The notes: generated by a model not told the origin, from the sequence alone. A stretch of DNA of 64,000 bases from Azolla caroliniana (GCA_043228905.1 JBHGNT010000013.1:9300001-9364000); one strand, 5' to 3'; counted from the first letter of the stretch, positions 36,731 to 51,349 are shown. Program-made: numbers and translations.

Positions 36731-39324
36731 ATGCCAATTGTTGTATCTGATAACTTGCGCCGTTGGCTCGTTTGCAATAAGTTACAGGGAATTTTGAAAG
36801 TCGCAGAAGCAGAGCCGCACCCGAACGCAGAAGCTCTATTGGCAGAAATCGGTGTCTCGACGATTACGAATAAGAAGGTAAGAGCCATGTTGGAGATGCC
36901 AAGAGGCGGGTTCGACGTTGTCAACAAGGTCATAGAGGATGGTCTGTGGTCCTATTTCGGTGAATATTCGCTCTCTACCAAAGCGTATCAGACACAAGGA
37001 GGTATGGACGTGTTTTTTCATGAAGTTGCAAAATTTTTATTGGAAGTAGGGTTTGTTAGTCCAAGTTTCTACTGTATGCCTAAGAAGAGGGCCGGATTGA
37101 TCATCGCTGCTTATGAAGGCGAAGTTTTCGATTGGGGGCTACTGTCGGCAGATGCTCTGAGAGAGCAACTGAACGGAGTTTAGAAGGGAAAACCAATGAA
37201 GCCGAATTTTGCTCGTTGGTTATCAGTATTATTTTTTACTTCAGAGCCAGAAAACCAATCAGTGGTGCGTCGGCTGCCTTAGGTACAGTCATCCTGAACC
37301 CGACGACAAGTCCAATGGGAAGAGTGGAGGGAAGAAGAATCAACATAGGACGATACCACTCAGACCGAATTTGACCAACCGGACCCAAGGCAACAACAAG
37401 AATCGGAACAACAACAATTGACGCAGTCTCAACAGTCGATACAGCAACCCGAACCTACCCAGCAACAACCGACTCAACATCCGGAGTTTCCACCATAGAG
37501 GATGCAACAACGCGGGACGATAGACGAGCAACCCTCACAGCAGCAGGAATCGAGACGAGTCGACATTGACCAACAACCGCCGAAGCAACGCAGGGTGAAC
37601 CAACGGTCCCAAAGATACTCTAGACTAGAGCAAGAACAACCTGCGCAGAAGAAAAAGAGAACTAACGATCAAGCCGCCCAAAGCACACAAGTACCTCGTG
37701 TCAATCCAGATGACATGTCACGAGTTCAAAAAGGGCAGGCATCAACGACAATGGTGCAAGAGGCACTTGGTTTTTCTGACATCCCGACAACAGCACATGA
37801 GCTAGTTGCCATTCTACAATTCGGAACATCATATGAATTGGTAGAATGGTTAGCTAAAAGACTTCAAGAAGTGTCGGAAAGAATGGCGCAAGAGCACAGA
37901 GATCAAATAATGATCCAAAAGTCATTATGTGGAGCTGTCGAACCAAACGAGCAAGTGGAAGTGATCGAATTGGTCGACAGCAAAATGCTAAAAATAGAGG
38001 TGAAGCCATTCAGATACCACCATTACATGAGGCACTGGTGGAAGTCCACCGAGAATATGAAAAGGCGAGCAGAGCGGCCAAAGATATGGCCAAATTATAC
38101 AAACAGGCTACAACAGCTGCAGATGTGCTTAATGCACAGTATAAATGGATGCAGGCAGAAAATCAACAGTTGAAGAATAAACTGCAAGAAGAACAAGTGG
38201 CTCTAGAAAAAGCGAGAGAACAGATATTATAGCCAGAGTCACAAAGAAAACCTTTGGAGACGGATTCAGAATTACAAAAGAGGTTGGACCAAGCCAAAAA
38301 AGCACGAAGAGAGGTAGAAATTAGGGCAGAAAAGACCGAAGACAGGTCTAGAGAAAGGGAGGCTCGATTACAATCGGCAAAAATGGCGGCCGATAGATCT
38401 TTGGGGGAAAAAGATAATGTGATACAAGAATTACGTTGATAGTTAGCCCAACAACAAGAGGCTACAAGGAAACAAGTTGAGGAATTGGAAGAGTATGTCA
38501 AGAGCAAAGAGACTTGTTTTACAACACAGTTGGCTGGTAAAGACAAACTGATAGACGAAATCAACGAAAAAATGATTCAACAGCAGAACGACTGGAATGA
38601 AGAGAAAGGGAAGCTGGAAAACCGATGTGCAGAAATTCAAACGGTCTCCAAGAAAAGGTGACTTGACCTCTTAGTGACACAAGCTAAACTGATGCAGGCA
38701 GAAGGACATACCAATGCGGTAATCATTGATTTGCGGAAAACATTAGCAACAACACAGTTTGAGGCTAGAATGACTCAGGACAAGGTTCAAGCGATCATTA
38801 GACGTCATAGAATTAACACCCTAAAATTGGTCAATGAATCGCTAGAGAAGGGTTAGCAAACATGGTCGGTGCAAGCCGCGAAGCTTTAACTATTAAGAGC
38901 CGACAGAGAAAATAGGAAAGTTCAGGGCAAAGGCTTCCTCAAGATGTTGGAGGAAGCAATGACAACAGTTCAGGAAGATATTGCTAAGGACCTATACGAC
39001 ATGGTGGCTTATTTTAAAGAAGAAATTAACCGAGTCATGTAGGAATTCGACAAGCATGATGTCTAGACATCTGTCGAGTTAGACAATATCGAAGTCGAAA
39101 GAGTAACCAAAACACTTGGACTCGGAGCACCAGATTTAGCAGAGCCAAGACCATCAACCGAAGAAGCCCACCAGGAAAACAACGACGGGGAGGACACCAA
39201 AGATGAAGACGAAGACGATGTAGGCGTGGCAACACAGGAAGCAAAACCCTCCTTATTCGACATTTTGCAGGATGACGCAGGCGATGATTTGGAGATGGAG
39301 GAAGATCTTTCCTCAGAGCAGTAG
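36731..39324 (+). pseudogene. Element E extra ORF3
   Basis: YFGEYSLSTKAY..AAYEGEVFDW, coiled-coil fragments, LLRADREN, acidic tail; frameshifted. Confidence 0.8.
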
Positions 39325-39338
39325 GAGTAAAGGGTTCC

Positions 39339-39378
39339 GTGGGTTCACTGGACAACGTCCTGGCCCATGGGCGTGCCA
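39339..39378 (+). promoter_or_regulatory. tRNA-Arg(UCU) 3'-part-like motif at the PPT position of E
   Basis: GTGGGTTCAC-TGGACAACGTCCT-GGCCCATGGGCGTGCCA-AG then the LTR at 39381. Confidence 0.85.
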
Positions 39379-41072
39379 AGTGTTACCCGGACAAGTATAG
39401 ATATGTCGGAGTCAGAAGAATGCTTGGAGTCGGAGTCGGAGTCGGATCGACAGTTTGGATCGATGACTCAGCAGATAGGCGAATAGGACATAGTTAGTTA
39501 CGAAGTTTTGTAATTCTTGATAATTATAGGCAGTAGGATTTCTTGATGAGAAAAGGCCTTTGGGTTACCTATAAAAGGAACCAAAGGCATTGTAAAAATC
39601 TATCGTCGTATTTAGTAATATAAAGTTTGGTTAGGAAATCTGTGTACGAATTACTTGTTGCCATCTATTTCTTTCTGTCTAAACTATATTACATAAGTCA
39701 CGATCTCGGTGTCTGTTATCACCGATAAGTTTACAGATAATTAGTATCTATTCTTCTAACCACAACTTCTTGATAGAACGTTCGGTACGAACGTTCGTCT
39801 TATACTGTGTCGGCAAAGTAGTAATTGTTGACCGAACAACAGTTGCAAATAATAGTTGAACTAGCCAGAAAAGTATGCTTTTCCGCCATCCAACCACAAG
39901 CACTTAATATTCCTCTCCGTTTCCCTTTTGACAAGGCTTTTCACTTTTCTTCTCAATGAGGTAGATCCATGTGTGCTGGATGTAGTTGTCGATAAACGAG
40001 ATGAAGTATCAACTCCCGTCTAAGCTTACATTTTGTGTCAGTCCCCATACATCCAAATGTATCAAATCGAGCTTGTTCCGACTCTTGTTTCACTTGTTGG
40101 AGAACGGTAGTCCGTGTTGCTTCCCAAGCTTGTAGGCTTCACAAATTTGGTCTTTCTGGCCACTGAATTTCGACAAGCAGAATACTACTTGTTTCAACTG
40201 TAGATCTTGAAGCCTCTGATAATTGACGTAGCCGATCTACTTGTGCCATAAGTCAATATCCGACTTGACTTTTTGTCCCTTTGCAAATAGTGCTAACGTC
40301 ATTGGTGTCGAGGATGAACATCCTCCCTTCTCGGCGCCATTGCGTAATGATTTGACCCTCTTCCTTGATAAAGCACTTGAGGTGGGTGAATCGAACTTGC
40401 ATCCCTTGGTCGACAATTTGCCCGACCGACACCTAGTTCTTTGTAATTGTCGGGACATGGAATTCATGAGTCTCCCCTTCCGTCCGACATGGCTGAGGGG
40501 GACTTCGTTGACATGTTCAATTGGCTGCGGAGTGTCGTCTCCGGTTTTGACCACTCCTGGTTGCTCCGATTACTCTAAGTATGAGAATCAGTCTTCGTGG
40601 CTCGTCATATGGTTCGATGCTCCAGAGTTAATGTACAACACCTCGTTTGATTCCGTGGTGCTCTTCTTCATCTAATTAGCCTTTTGCTTCATCACAAGGG
40701 CTGGCCCTTTTCTGGTTTTGGGTCCTTCTGACCCTTCGGCGTACTGTGATTGCTTCCAGTGCCCTTGTCCAGATTTGTCCGAATTGGCCTTCTTCTTCCA
40801 ACACTTGCTCTCTCGGTGACCCTTCCAACCACAATACCAACACTCCCTTTTGTTCTTTGCTTGCTAGTTTCCAGTGCCGCTTTGACTCCCTCTACTTGGG
40901 GAGGGTCCGGAACTATTGTCGGCATGTCGATTATGCCTTTGAGTTTGCTCTTGTCGACCGCCACAATTACGTGTTGATCCAGCTCGTCCTCCACGCCTAT
41001 GGGACCGATTCACCTCCCTGTACATCATCCGACTATCCGATTGAGTGGTCCTCGACCCTCTCACGTGGTTCT

Positions 41073-44000
41073 TGAAGGGTAAGTGTGTGCGGAAACGTAT
41101 GAGGATCTGTCTCAGTTCGTACTCAGGAAACAACACAGAAAGAGAAGCAAAGATATACACAGATTGAAGCTTTAATGGAAGCTCTATTACGTTCTCTGTA
41201 GCTCTCCCTCAGAGATTCGATATATGATATTTGATCAAGAAGATCGTCATTTTACAACGTTAGGTTATTGCTTATATATACTAAGCCCTAACTATGTGGA
41301 TGAGTTCACACTAGGATACAAGGTGGAAGGAATCAACATTTTATGCCAACAAACTCCCCCATAAAAAGACTACTCTTTCCTACATGTACATGTGTTTGGG
41401 GTTGTCTCCTCCGTAAACTTAGATGGCAACACTAATCTAGATTTATGTTACAAGTCGGTCAACATATAGTCAAGTCGGCATAGGTGAGGTCCCTGTTGAG
41501 CCTAGCATGGCTCATTATCATGATTCATTCGGTCAACTCTTACCTTCTTCTCCTCTTTCGACTTTCTTCTACTCGGTTGCTTGTCGAAGTCCCATCTTTG
41601 TCCTTAGTGCTCTGAAGCGTTGATCTGGGAGTGGCTTTGTCACATAATCGACGATGTTCACCTCGGTGTCGATCTTCCAGACTTCGAGCTTCTTCTCGGT
41701 TGTGAGCTCCTGGATGTGATGATACCGTAACTCAATGTGCTTCGTCTTTGCGTGATAGACAAGATTGTTAATGAGTTGAAATGCGTTCTGTGCGTCACAA
41801 TAGATGGTCGGCACTGGTCGGTCGGTTTGGCTTATAGCTGAGATGTGGGCAGATAGTCGATGCAGCTAGATCGCTTCCTTTGCTACCTTTGATGTTTCTA
41901 TGTACTCGGCTTTTGTCGTCGACAGAGCTATGCACTCTTGAAGTTTGTCAGGCAATCGGTGGGTGGGTGATCTGGGCGTGGCTTTATCATGCAATCGACG
42001 ATGTTCACCTCGATGTCGATCTTCCGAACTTCGAGCTTCTTCTCGGTTGTGAGCTCCTGGATGTGATGATACCGTACCTCAATGTCCTTTGTCTTTGCGT
42101 GATAGAAGAGATTGTTAATGAGTTAAAATGCGCTCTATGAGTCACAATAGATGGTCGGCACTGGTCGGTCGGTTTGGCTTATAGCTGAGATGTGGGCAGA
42201 CAGTCGATGCAGCTAGATCGCTTCCTTTGCTGCCTCTGATGTTTCTATGTACTCGGCTTTTGTGGTCGACAGAGCTGTGCACTCTTGAAGTTTGTTAGGA
42301 AATCGGCGAGTGGGTGATCTGGGAGTGGCTTTATCATGCAATCGATGATGTTCACCTCGATGTCGATCTTCTGGACTTCGAGCTTCTTCTCGGTTGTGAG
42401 CTCCCGGATATGATGATAATGTACCTCAATGTGCTTCTTCTTTGCGTGATAGAAGAGATTGTTAATGAGGTGAATTGCGCTCTGTGAGTCGCAATAGATG
42501 GTCGGCGCTAGTCGGTCGGTTTGGCTTATAGCTGAGATGTGGGCAGACAGTCAATGCAGCCAGATCGCTTCCTTTGATGCCTCCAATGTTGCTATGTACT
42601 CGGATTTTGTGGTCAATAGAGCCGTGCACTCTTGAAGTTTCGACCTCCATGATATCGCACCGCCACCATAGGTGAAGATGTAACCTGGTGTCGATTTCCG
42701 ATTGTCCGTGTTCTCGGCATAGTCAGAATCGGTGTAGCCTTCGACTTTGGTTGAGGTTGTCAGTCTGAAAGTCAGCTGTGCATCCATGGTTCCTTTCAAA
42801 TACCTAAGGATGTGCTTGACAGCCTCCCAATGCTTCCGTCCTGGCTTTGACATGTACCGGCTGACCACTCCTACGACATAGGCTAGGTTAGGTCGGGTCT
42901 CCACCATTTCGTACATGATATTTCCTACGGCTGATGCATAGGGCATCTTTCCATTAAGTTCTCTCTCCTTGTCCATTGAAGGAGAGTCTTTGTCCGATTG
43001 TCTGATTGACGTCGGAAGCGGTGTTGGTGCTGGCTTCACATTTTCCATATTGAAGTGCTTCAGCACCTTTCGGATATAGTCGAACTGGGAGAGTCGGAGA
43101 GTCTTGGTCATCCGATCCTCATACCCAGTATGTGACAGGCTTGTTCGAGTTCCTTCATCGCGAACTTGTCGTGAAGGTTCCGCTTCAGCTTTCCGATCTC
43201 TGCTTGATTGCTTCCTGCAATGAGCATGTCATCGACGTATAGGATCAGATAAATCCTAGACTCGTCGGCCAGTTGCCGAGTGTACATACATGGGTTGGAA
43301 TCAGATCGGCGGTAATCAAGCTGCCTGATGTAGGAGTCAAACTTCTAGTACCACATCCTCGGCAATTGTTTCAAGCCATATAGACTTTTCTTTAACTGAC
43401 ATTTAAGGTGACTGTCCTTCCTCGTCGCCGTGAAGCCTGCCGGTTGAGACATATAGATGTCTTCTTCTAGATCTCCATGTAGGAATGCCGTTTTTAAATC
43501 CAACTACTCTAGTGCTAGGTCTTCTATCACAACAACTCCTAGTAAGAGTCGGAGGGTGGTCATCTTGACTACTGGTGAGAATATCTCGTCATAGTCGACC
43601 CCGTATTCTTGTTTGAATCCCTCCATGATGAGCCGAGCTTTGTACTTGGGTTTTTTTGAGTTAGATACATATTTTTATCGGAAAACCCATTTGCAAGGTA
43701 GCACCTTCCAACCAACTGGTAGTTCAACTAGCTCCCATGTCTTATTCTTGTGAATCGATTCCATTTCGGATCTCATGGCTTGCAACCATGTGTCGGCGTC
43801 CGTTGCGGCCATAACTTCTTCATAAGTTCTTGGTTCGCCTGTATCGGTGTAGTTGACGTAGTCGAGGCCTGGTTGAAAGAACTCTATTGACCTTCGAGCT
43901 CGTCCAGATCTCCTGGGTGCCGAGATAAGTGGTTCGGATTCTTCAATCGGCTCGGTTGGGCGATCGGTATTTGTGAAACCATTTGTGTTAGGAGTCTTGT

Positions 44001-44410
44001 TAGGTGATCCACCCCCAAGTCGGGATTTCAGTGGTGTCACATTGTCCTCCCCTCTAGATTGTGGTGACTCGGTTCTGTTTCCTACTCTCATCTTATTGAC
44101 TTTGCCTTGTTTGTCTCTTGTCGAATCGGCTCTGTCTTTGATGGGTTTGTCTTCGAGTTCGACTAGTGGACCTGTTGCCGATTCCGAGTTGGCAAGTATA
44201 CTGTTGGCTTTTTCGAGTTCGACTATTTGTCGAATCTCTGATTCAGTTGGGTGGGATGGTTCTTCTATGACAACTCTATCGTCTTTGAAGGATACCTTTT
44301 TACCAACTATTCTCTGCTGGTTCCGCTAAGGGAAGATAGAGTCTTCATTGAAGACTACGTCACTGCTTCGGATCAGTTTCCGGTTCTCAAGGTCCCATAT
44401 ATTAGAGATC
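41073..44410 (-). mobile_element. Ty1/copia element H, 3' half
   Basis: 3' LTR 41073-41351; PPT GGGGGAG(-) at 41354-41360; RH and RT remnants (42551..43111, 43675..44091); cut by I. Confidence 0.85.
41612..42641 (-). repeat. Tandem triplication (~346 bp) of H RNase H coding region
   Basis: CTCTTGAAGTTT recurs at ~41936, 42282 and 42630 with colinear units. Confidence 0.88.
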
Positions 44411-47073
44411 TAAGTACTAAAGTAAGCTTAAGATAAGGATAAACAAATGATAGATAGAAAGGAGAAAGAGAAAGAAGGGTGCCGATCCACCCGACCACCC
44501 CCGAGCGAAGGGATCGAGACGAACTCGAGCCTCAATCGGCGTCGCATACCACTGTCGTGGCGTCGAGTTGTACCTGGTGCTGGCGCGCTCACTACAAGAG
44601 TTGACCCACCACAAGAGCAGAGTCTCGATGTAGTCAAAAGATGATCCAATGAGGGTAGCTAGGCCTCTTATTTATAGCGATACCCAAGGCCCCCAAGCTA
44701 GTTCACACTTGACCTAATGGGTTGTCTCAATCCCGAGGATTAAAAGTAATCCTCCCCTTCTTTACACTCTCGTTTAACCCTTACAATTATCCACGTGTAT
44801 AGAATACTACGGTAAATTCTAACCATGGGATATTGAATGGTCATGCCCGTAACATACTCCCCCTCTTTAAAACATTGCATTCTTGTAATGGAAAGTTAGG
44901 GAAATTAGTTCTGAGAGTATTTTCGCGTTCCCATGTGGCATCTTTTATTGATTTATCCATCCATTTTATTTTAAATTCTCGGATTTCTTTCTGGTACATG
45001 TGGTTTAGAAGATAATTCTTCAGAAGTAACCAGAGTTTCAGTTGTAACTGTATTGTTGCCAGAACCTAGAAGTTCTTTTAGACGACTCACATGAAAGACT
45101 GGATGAATTCCGACACCATCGGGAAGAGCGAGACGATAGGCTGATGACCCAATGCGTTTGAGGACTGTAAAAGGTCCACAAAATCGTGGGGCTAACTTAG
45201 CGCACTTACCCGTAGACAATGTCTTAGAATTGTGAGGTACACGTAAAAATACCATTTGTCTAGGGTTGAATACACGAGGTTGCCTATGATGATCGGCATA
45301 AAAACGCGCTCTATCTTGAGCTGTTTTTATATTATCTCGTGCAATATGCAACATATCTTGCATATCCCGAAGAAATTTTTGCGAACTTCGCAACTCATCA
45401 TGATGTATATTAACATCAATCGGGGCTCGTGGCTGAAAACCATACATCAACATAAAAGGACTATATCCCGTCGACGTATGCTTGGAGCTGTTATAAGCAA
45501 ACTCCAAAATTGGGAGATAACGTTCCCATTTTGTTGGTTTTGCACCAACGTATGCTCGAAGCATGTCCTCAATAATTTGATTTACTCGTTCTGTCTGTCC
45601 ATCGGATTGAGGATGATCCGTGGAGCTCATGCTCAACGTAGTTTCTAACTTCTTAAAGACTTGCGTCCAGAAGTCACTAGTAAACTTTGGATCTCGATCA
45701 CTCACGATATCCATCTGTAACCCATAAAAACGAAACAATTCGTCAACGAATTGGTCAGCCAATTCAGGAGATGTTACCGTGGTTTTAGTAGCAATAAATC
45801 TGGCCATTTTAGTTAGTCGATCAACGACAACCCAGATGGCATCATGACCTTTTTGGGTGCGAGGAAGGCCAACAATAAAATCCATGGATATACTTTCCCA
45901 CTTATTATTGGGAATGTCCAAGGGATGTAAAAGTCCTGCGGCTTTAAGTCGCTCGGCTTTGTTAACCTGACACTAGTGACATTTAGTCACATAGCTATGT
46001 ATGTCAGGACGCATCTTAGGCCAATAAAATTGAGTGGAGATGAGAACGAGTGTATGATGTATTCCAGGGTGCCCTGCTGAGGGTGCATCATGGCATTAAA
46101 AAAGAATCCTCTTTTTGACCTCGGGTAAATCTGGAACACAAACCTTCCCATTACGGTAGAGCAAACCGTTAGCAATGTGGAAGTATTCCTTCGAGGATGT
46201 GGTGGTGTCTGTTCCAGACTCAACTCTTGCCCAGTATTTTGCAAAATAACTGTCATCAGGATACTTTCCTCGAAGGTGATCATAAAGATCTGATGTTATT
46301 TCAGTGAAGCTAAGCATGTTAACTTCACGGATGCGACTTAGTGCATCAACGACAGTGTTCATGGAACCTTTACGATATCGTATGGAAAAATCAAAGTCCT
46401 GGATGAGATCAGCCCATCGTGCCTTACGACCTTTCAGGTCTTGTTGGTCACAAAAATATTTCAAGGACTCGTGGTCCGTAGTTACCACAAAGTGATTTCC
46501 ATAAAGATAATGGCGCCATGTTTTGAGCGCATGTATAACTGCAAATAATTCCTTTTCTTGAACGGTATACCGACATTGAGCAAAATCAAGTTTCTGTTAG
46601 AAATTGACGCTTTCAAAACCTTCCCCTCTCGGCCACAACCGAGGAAACTTGAATCAATGCAGCAGTAAATCGAAAACACAGAGAGAGACTCGAATGCACA
46701 GGGTTTAGCGTGGAAAACCCTAGACGGGAAAAACCACGGGAGTGCAAGACTCCAACTATCACTATACGCAGTGAATGTACAATGGCGAGCTGCAAAGCGA
46801 CGACCTTGAGCTCGCTGTCCTCGCCACAAGCGGCGGTATTACACAGAGGCGTCGACCTCTTCCTTTCTCTCTCTCTCACTCTCTCTCTCGGCTGCTCTCA
46901 CTTCGCTCCCTCTAAGTGGAAAACAGAAAAATGAGCAACAACTCCAAAACTGTTTGCCCTAAGTCATATTTATACACATATGACTTTCGGGCTATTTACA
47001 AATATAGCCTCAAGGGCCCTTGGCAAACATATTCACAAATATGTCCCCGCATCCGGATCTCTCTCCGGGTACA

Positions 47074-47211
47074 TTCATCATCCGGCTCCGTAGCCGGGGT
47101 CTTCATCATCCGGCTCCGGAACCGGGTCTTCATCATCCGGCTCCGATACCGGGTACTCCATCATCCGGCTCCGGAACCGGGTCTTCATCATCCGGCTCCG
47201 ATACCGGGTAC
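47074..47211. repeat. 27/28-bp tandem repeat in J LTR (5 copies; 3 copies at ~51860-51942)
   Basis: Unit core TCATCATCCGGCTCCG. Confidence 0.92.
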
Positions 47212-47319
47212 TCCTCGTTCAGGTCTTCATTCCCGATTCCCGGACATCTGACCATCCCATCCGGAGGGACCGTAATCCCAACAAACTCCCCCTTCACTTC
47301 GGCATGGGATGTCTTTCCA

Positions 47320-50300
47320 GTCCGACCCTCTTCTGGCACGCTTCCAGCTTGTCGGGTGTGAGCACTTTGGTCAGCATATCTGACCCGTTCTCGTCCGTGT
47401 GGATCTTCGTCAGCACGAACTCCTGGTCTTCTATCCTTTCCCGGATCCAGTGATATCTTCGCTAGATGTGCTTCGTCCGAGAGTGATAGGCCGCGTTCTT
47501 CGCAAGGTGGATGGCACTCTGACTGTCGCAGTAGAGTCGGTACTCCTCCTGCCGGATACCGAGCTCTCTAATGAAGTCCTTCATCCATATTATTTCCTTG
47601 CCGGCTTCAACAGCCGCCATGTACTCCGCCTCCGTGGTTGACAACGCAACCGTCTTCTGCAGCCTCGACTGCCACGAAACAGCTCCCCCTGCATACGTCA
47701 TCACATACCCTGATGTGGACCGGCTGGTATCTGCATCAGCCGACATATCCGAATCGGTAAAGCCGTCGAGTTCGGGCTTACCGGAGCCGAATCGGAGGCA
47801 CACGTTTGCCGTGCCCTTTAGATATCGGAGTATCCACTTGGCCGCGTTCCAGTGCTCTTTGCCGGGATTGCTCATGTACCGGCTCACCACTCCGACTGCA
47901 TATCCTATGTCCGGTCTTGTACACACCATTGCGTACATCAAGCTTCCGACGGCAGAGGCATATGGTACTTTCATCATGTCCTCCTTCTCAGCCTTCGTCT
48001 TGGGGCTTTGCTTGCTGGACAACTTGCAGTTTGCCAGGAGGGTTGACCCGACCGGTCTTGCTTCCGACATGTTGAACCGGTGAAGCACCTTTGTCACGTA
48101 CTTCTCCTGTGACAGCCACAACTGCTTCTTCTTCCGGTCCCGGATGATGTGCATCCCTAGTATTTGCCTCGCCGGACCCAGGTCCTTCATTGAGAAGGTT
48201 CGGTGAAGCGCTTTCTTCAGCATCCGTATCTTGACCTGGTCCCGTCCGACGATCAACATGTCGTCCACGTACAGGAGGAGTATTAGAAAGTCTCCTCCTT
48301 CGAACTTCTTCACAAACACGCAGTGATCGGACTGCGTTTTGTGGTACCCTTCGTCGGTCATGAAAGAGTCGAACTTCCGGTACCATTGCCGGGGAGCCTG
48401 CTTCAGTCCGTAAAGGCTCTTCTTCAACCGGCATACCAGGTGCTCCTTCCCTTTCTTCTCGAATCCTGCCGGTTGCTGCATGTAGATCTCTTCTTCGAGG
48501 TCACCGTGAAGGAATGCCGTCTTCACGTCCATCTGTTCTACCTCGAGGTCCATGCTTGCCGCTATGCTCAGCACCGTCCGGATGGAGGTCATCTTCACTA
48601 CCGGGGCAAATATCTCGTCGAAGTCGACGCCCTTCTTCTGCTGGAACCCCTTCACCACGATCCTGGCTTTGTATCTCGGGGGGTTTCCGGCATCTCCCGG
48701 TTTCAGCTTGAACACCCACTTGTTTCGAAGTGCCCGCTTTCCTTTCGGCAACTCCACAAGTTCATATGTGTGGTTCTCATGCAGGGAATCCATCTCCTCC
48801 TACATGGCACTTAACCACCTGCGGCTATGGGTGTCAAGCTTTGCTTCTTCAAAACTCTCCGGCTCCCCCTCGTCGGTTAGCAGCACGTGCTCTGGTTCTG
48901 GAAATCTCCGGGGGGCCCTTCTCTCTCTTAGAGGATATTTCCGTTCCGGAGCTTCGGTAACCGGCTCCTCCGTTTCCTCTTCATCCGAATCCATTTCGGG
49001 ATCGGGGCCGGTTCCGGTATCAGTTTCATCTTCCTCGGCCGGTTCTGTTTCTTCACCGTCTTCGGCTGGATCCTCGAGTGCTAACCGGTCCCTTGCCGGT
49101 CGGGACTGCTCCTCGTAGAGTTGATCCTCACCGGTCGACTTGGAGTTCTTCATCTTCTTCTCCGTTTCCCAGTCGGCGAGTGTCTTGTCCTCCATGAAGA
49201 TGATATCACGACTCCGGAATATCTTTTTGTCGACCGGGTCCCATACTCAGTAGCCGAACTCGTCATCGCCGTAACCGAGGAATATGCATGGCCGGGTCTT
49301 TGGATCTAGCTTTCCTCTCCGGTCCTTTGCCACATGCACATATGCGAGACACCCGAACACCTTCAGATGCCGGTAGGATACTTCCCTACCGGTCCACACT
49401 CTCTGCGGCGTGTCTCCGTCCAAAGGTACTGAGGGTGATCTGTTTATCACGTATGTCGCCGTCGACATTGCCTCAGCCCAAAACCCCTTGGGTAATTTCG
49501 CATGCGCCAGCATACTCCGGACCCTCTCCATTATGGTCCGGTTCATCCTCTCGGCCAACCCGTTCAGTTTCGGCGTCTTCGGCACAGTAAACTCGAGCCG
49601 GATTCCCTTCGAGCGACAGTACTCCTCGAACTGCCCCCGGTATTCCCCTCCGTTATCCGCTCGTATCACTTTCAGCTTCTTGCCGGATTCCCTTTCCACT
49701 CTCGCGTGGAGTTCTTTGAAGACGCACAACACTTGGTCCTTTGTCTTCAACGGTGCCGTCCACAGCTTCCGGCTGTGGTCATCAATGAATGTCACGAAGT
49801 ACTGGGCTCCGCCATGTGACTTCGTTTCTACTTGACACACGTCAGTGTGCACCAACTCCAATGGTGCGCTACGTCTCATCGGTGGCCTTGAGTGGAAGGA
49901 GGTTCGGTTCTGCTTACCGGCCAGGCAATCGGTGCACTTCTCAGGTGCACATGCTTCACTGGAATAAGGTTGTCTTCTGCAAGCCTCTTCATCCCCTTCT
50001 CACTCATGTGGCACAGTCTCTTGTGCCACAGCTCACCGGCAGTGTCGGCTGCCACGTTCAACTCCTCCGGACACAACCAGGCATTCATAAGGTACAATGT
50101 GTTGACTTTCCGGGCCCGTGACACTATCAGGCTCCCCTTGCTGAACTTCATTACGCAGTTCCGGATGCTACCCGTGTAGCCTTCATCGTCTAGCCTCCCG
50201 GCCGAAATCTGGTTCAATCGAACCTCCGGAACGTGTCGGACATCCTTTAGCAACATTTTGCATCCGGTCGAGGTTGTCAACCACACGTCTCCTATGCCGG

Positions 50301-51349
50301 CAATCCGGCACGTACCTTCATTTCCCATCCGAACACAGCCATGCTCACCGGCTGTGTAGGATGAGAAGTATCTTCTTTCCGGGGTCAGGTGGAACGACGC
50401 TCCGGAATCGACCACCCAGGTAGTCTCATCGCCGGCAATGTTTAGTTCACCTTCTTCGGTGATGAGCATGATCTCCTCTTCACTTGCCGCGAGTGCCGTC
50501 GTTCCTTTCCGGTCCTGCCCTCGCCGATCCGAACAATTCCGGTCCGTGGCTCCCCGATAAGCACCGTTCCGTTCCGAAGACTTCTTCGAATCGGTGTCGT
50601 CGGCTCCGTTGTCTTTTCGGTAATGCCGACAATTCTTTCGGAAGTGCCCCGGCTTCCCACAGTGGAAGCATGTGGGCCTTCCTCTTGACTGCGACCGGGA
50701 CCCCGACTTCTCCCGTCTTTGCGGACTCCGGTTCCGTTGTCTTCCCCGATCCGATTCGGCAAGCAGCATCTTCGGATCGGAGGCCGGTTCTTTATCTCTC
50801 CGACGCGCTTCTTCGTTCAAAATGCTTGTCTTTACCGTTTGTAGGGACAAGTTATCTTCGGTGCAGGAGGTGCTGAGAGTCACCACCAAGTTCTCCCAGC
50901 TTTCCGGCAATGTACACATCAGTATGATGGCTTGCATTGCATCCTCCAACGGGAACTTGATCGCCGCAAGCTGGTTCACGAATCCCATGAACGTGCTTAC
51001 GTGTTCCACCATACTTGAGGTTCACTATCTTCCTCATCAGGGAGGTCCGGTTCAACGCATTCTTCCTCTTGTAGAGGCCCGACAGCTTCTGCCACATCTC
51101 ATATGCGTTGGTGTCGTTCGCCACATGTTGTAGAACGCTCACGTCGACGTATTGCCGAATGGTTGCAATGGCTTTCCGGTTCAGAAGCCTCCATTCCGTC
51201 TCAAGTACCCCCTTGGGTATTTCTGACCTGTCGATCGGTTCATACAGGTCCCGAACAATGAGCAGATCCTCCATCTTTATCTTCCAGTCGGCGTAGTTCT
51301 GCGCTTTCAGCACTATCATCCCCGGCTGCCCGCTGCTGCCGCCTTCCAT
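47320..51349 (-). pseudogene. Element J gag-PR-INT-RT-RH
   Basis: ORFs 50852..51358, 49876..51012, 49247..49879, 48800..49195 and 47462..48793 with frameshifts and stops; Tnt1/Tork-like motifs. Confidence 0.92.

Larger units (their letters stand above)
30564..39841 (+). mobile_element. Full-length Ty3/gypsy element E (C-related, older)
   Basis: LTRs 30564-31026 and 39381-39841; TSD GTTGC; gag-pol and ORF3 homologous to C. Confidence 0.95.
30355..41072 (-). mobile_element. Older D-family copia fragment F (gag C-term/PR/INT), split by E
   Basis: 30355-30563 and 39842-41072 align with D 27709-29193 (GDDTPQPIEH, KSDIDLWHK). Confidence 0.85.
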
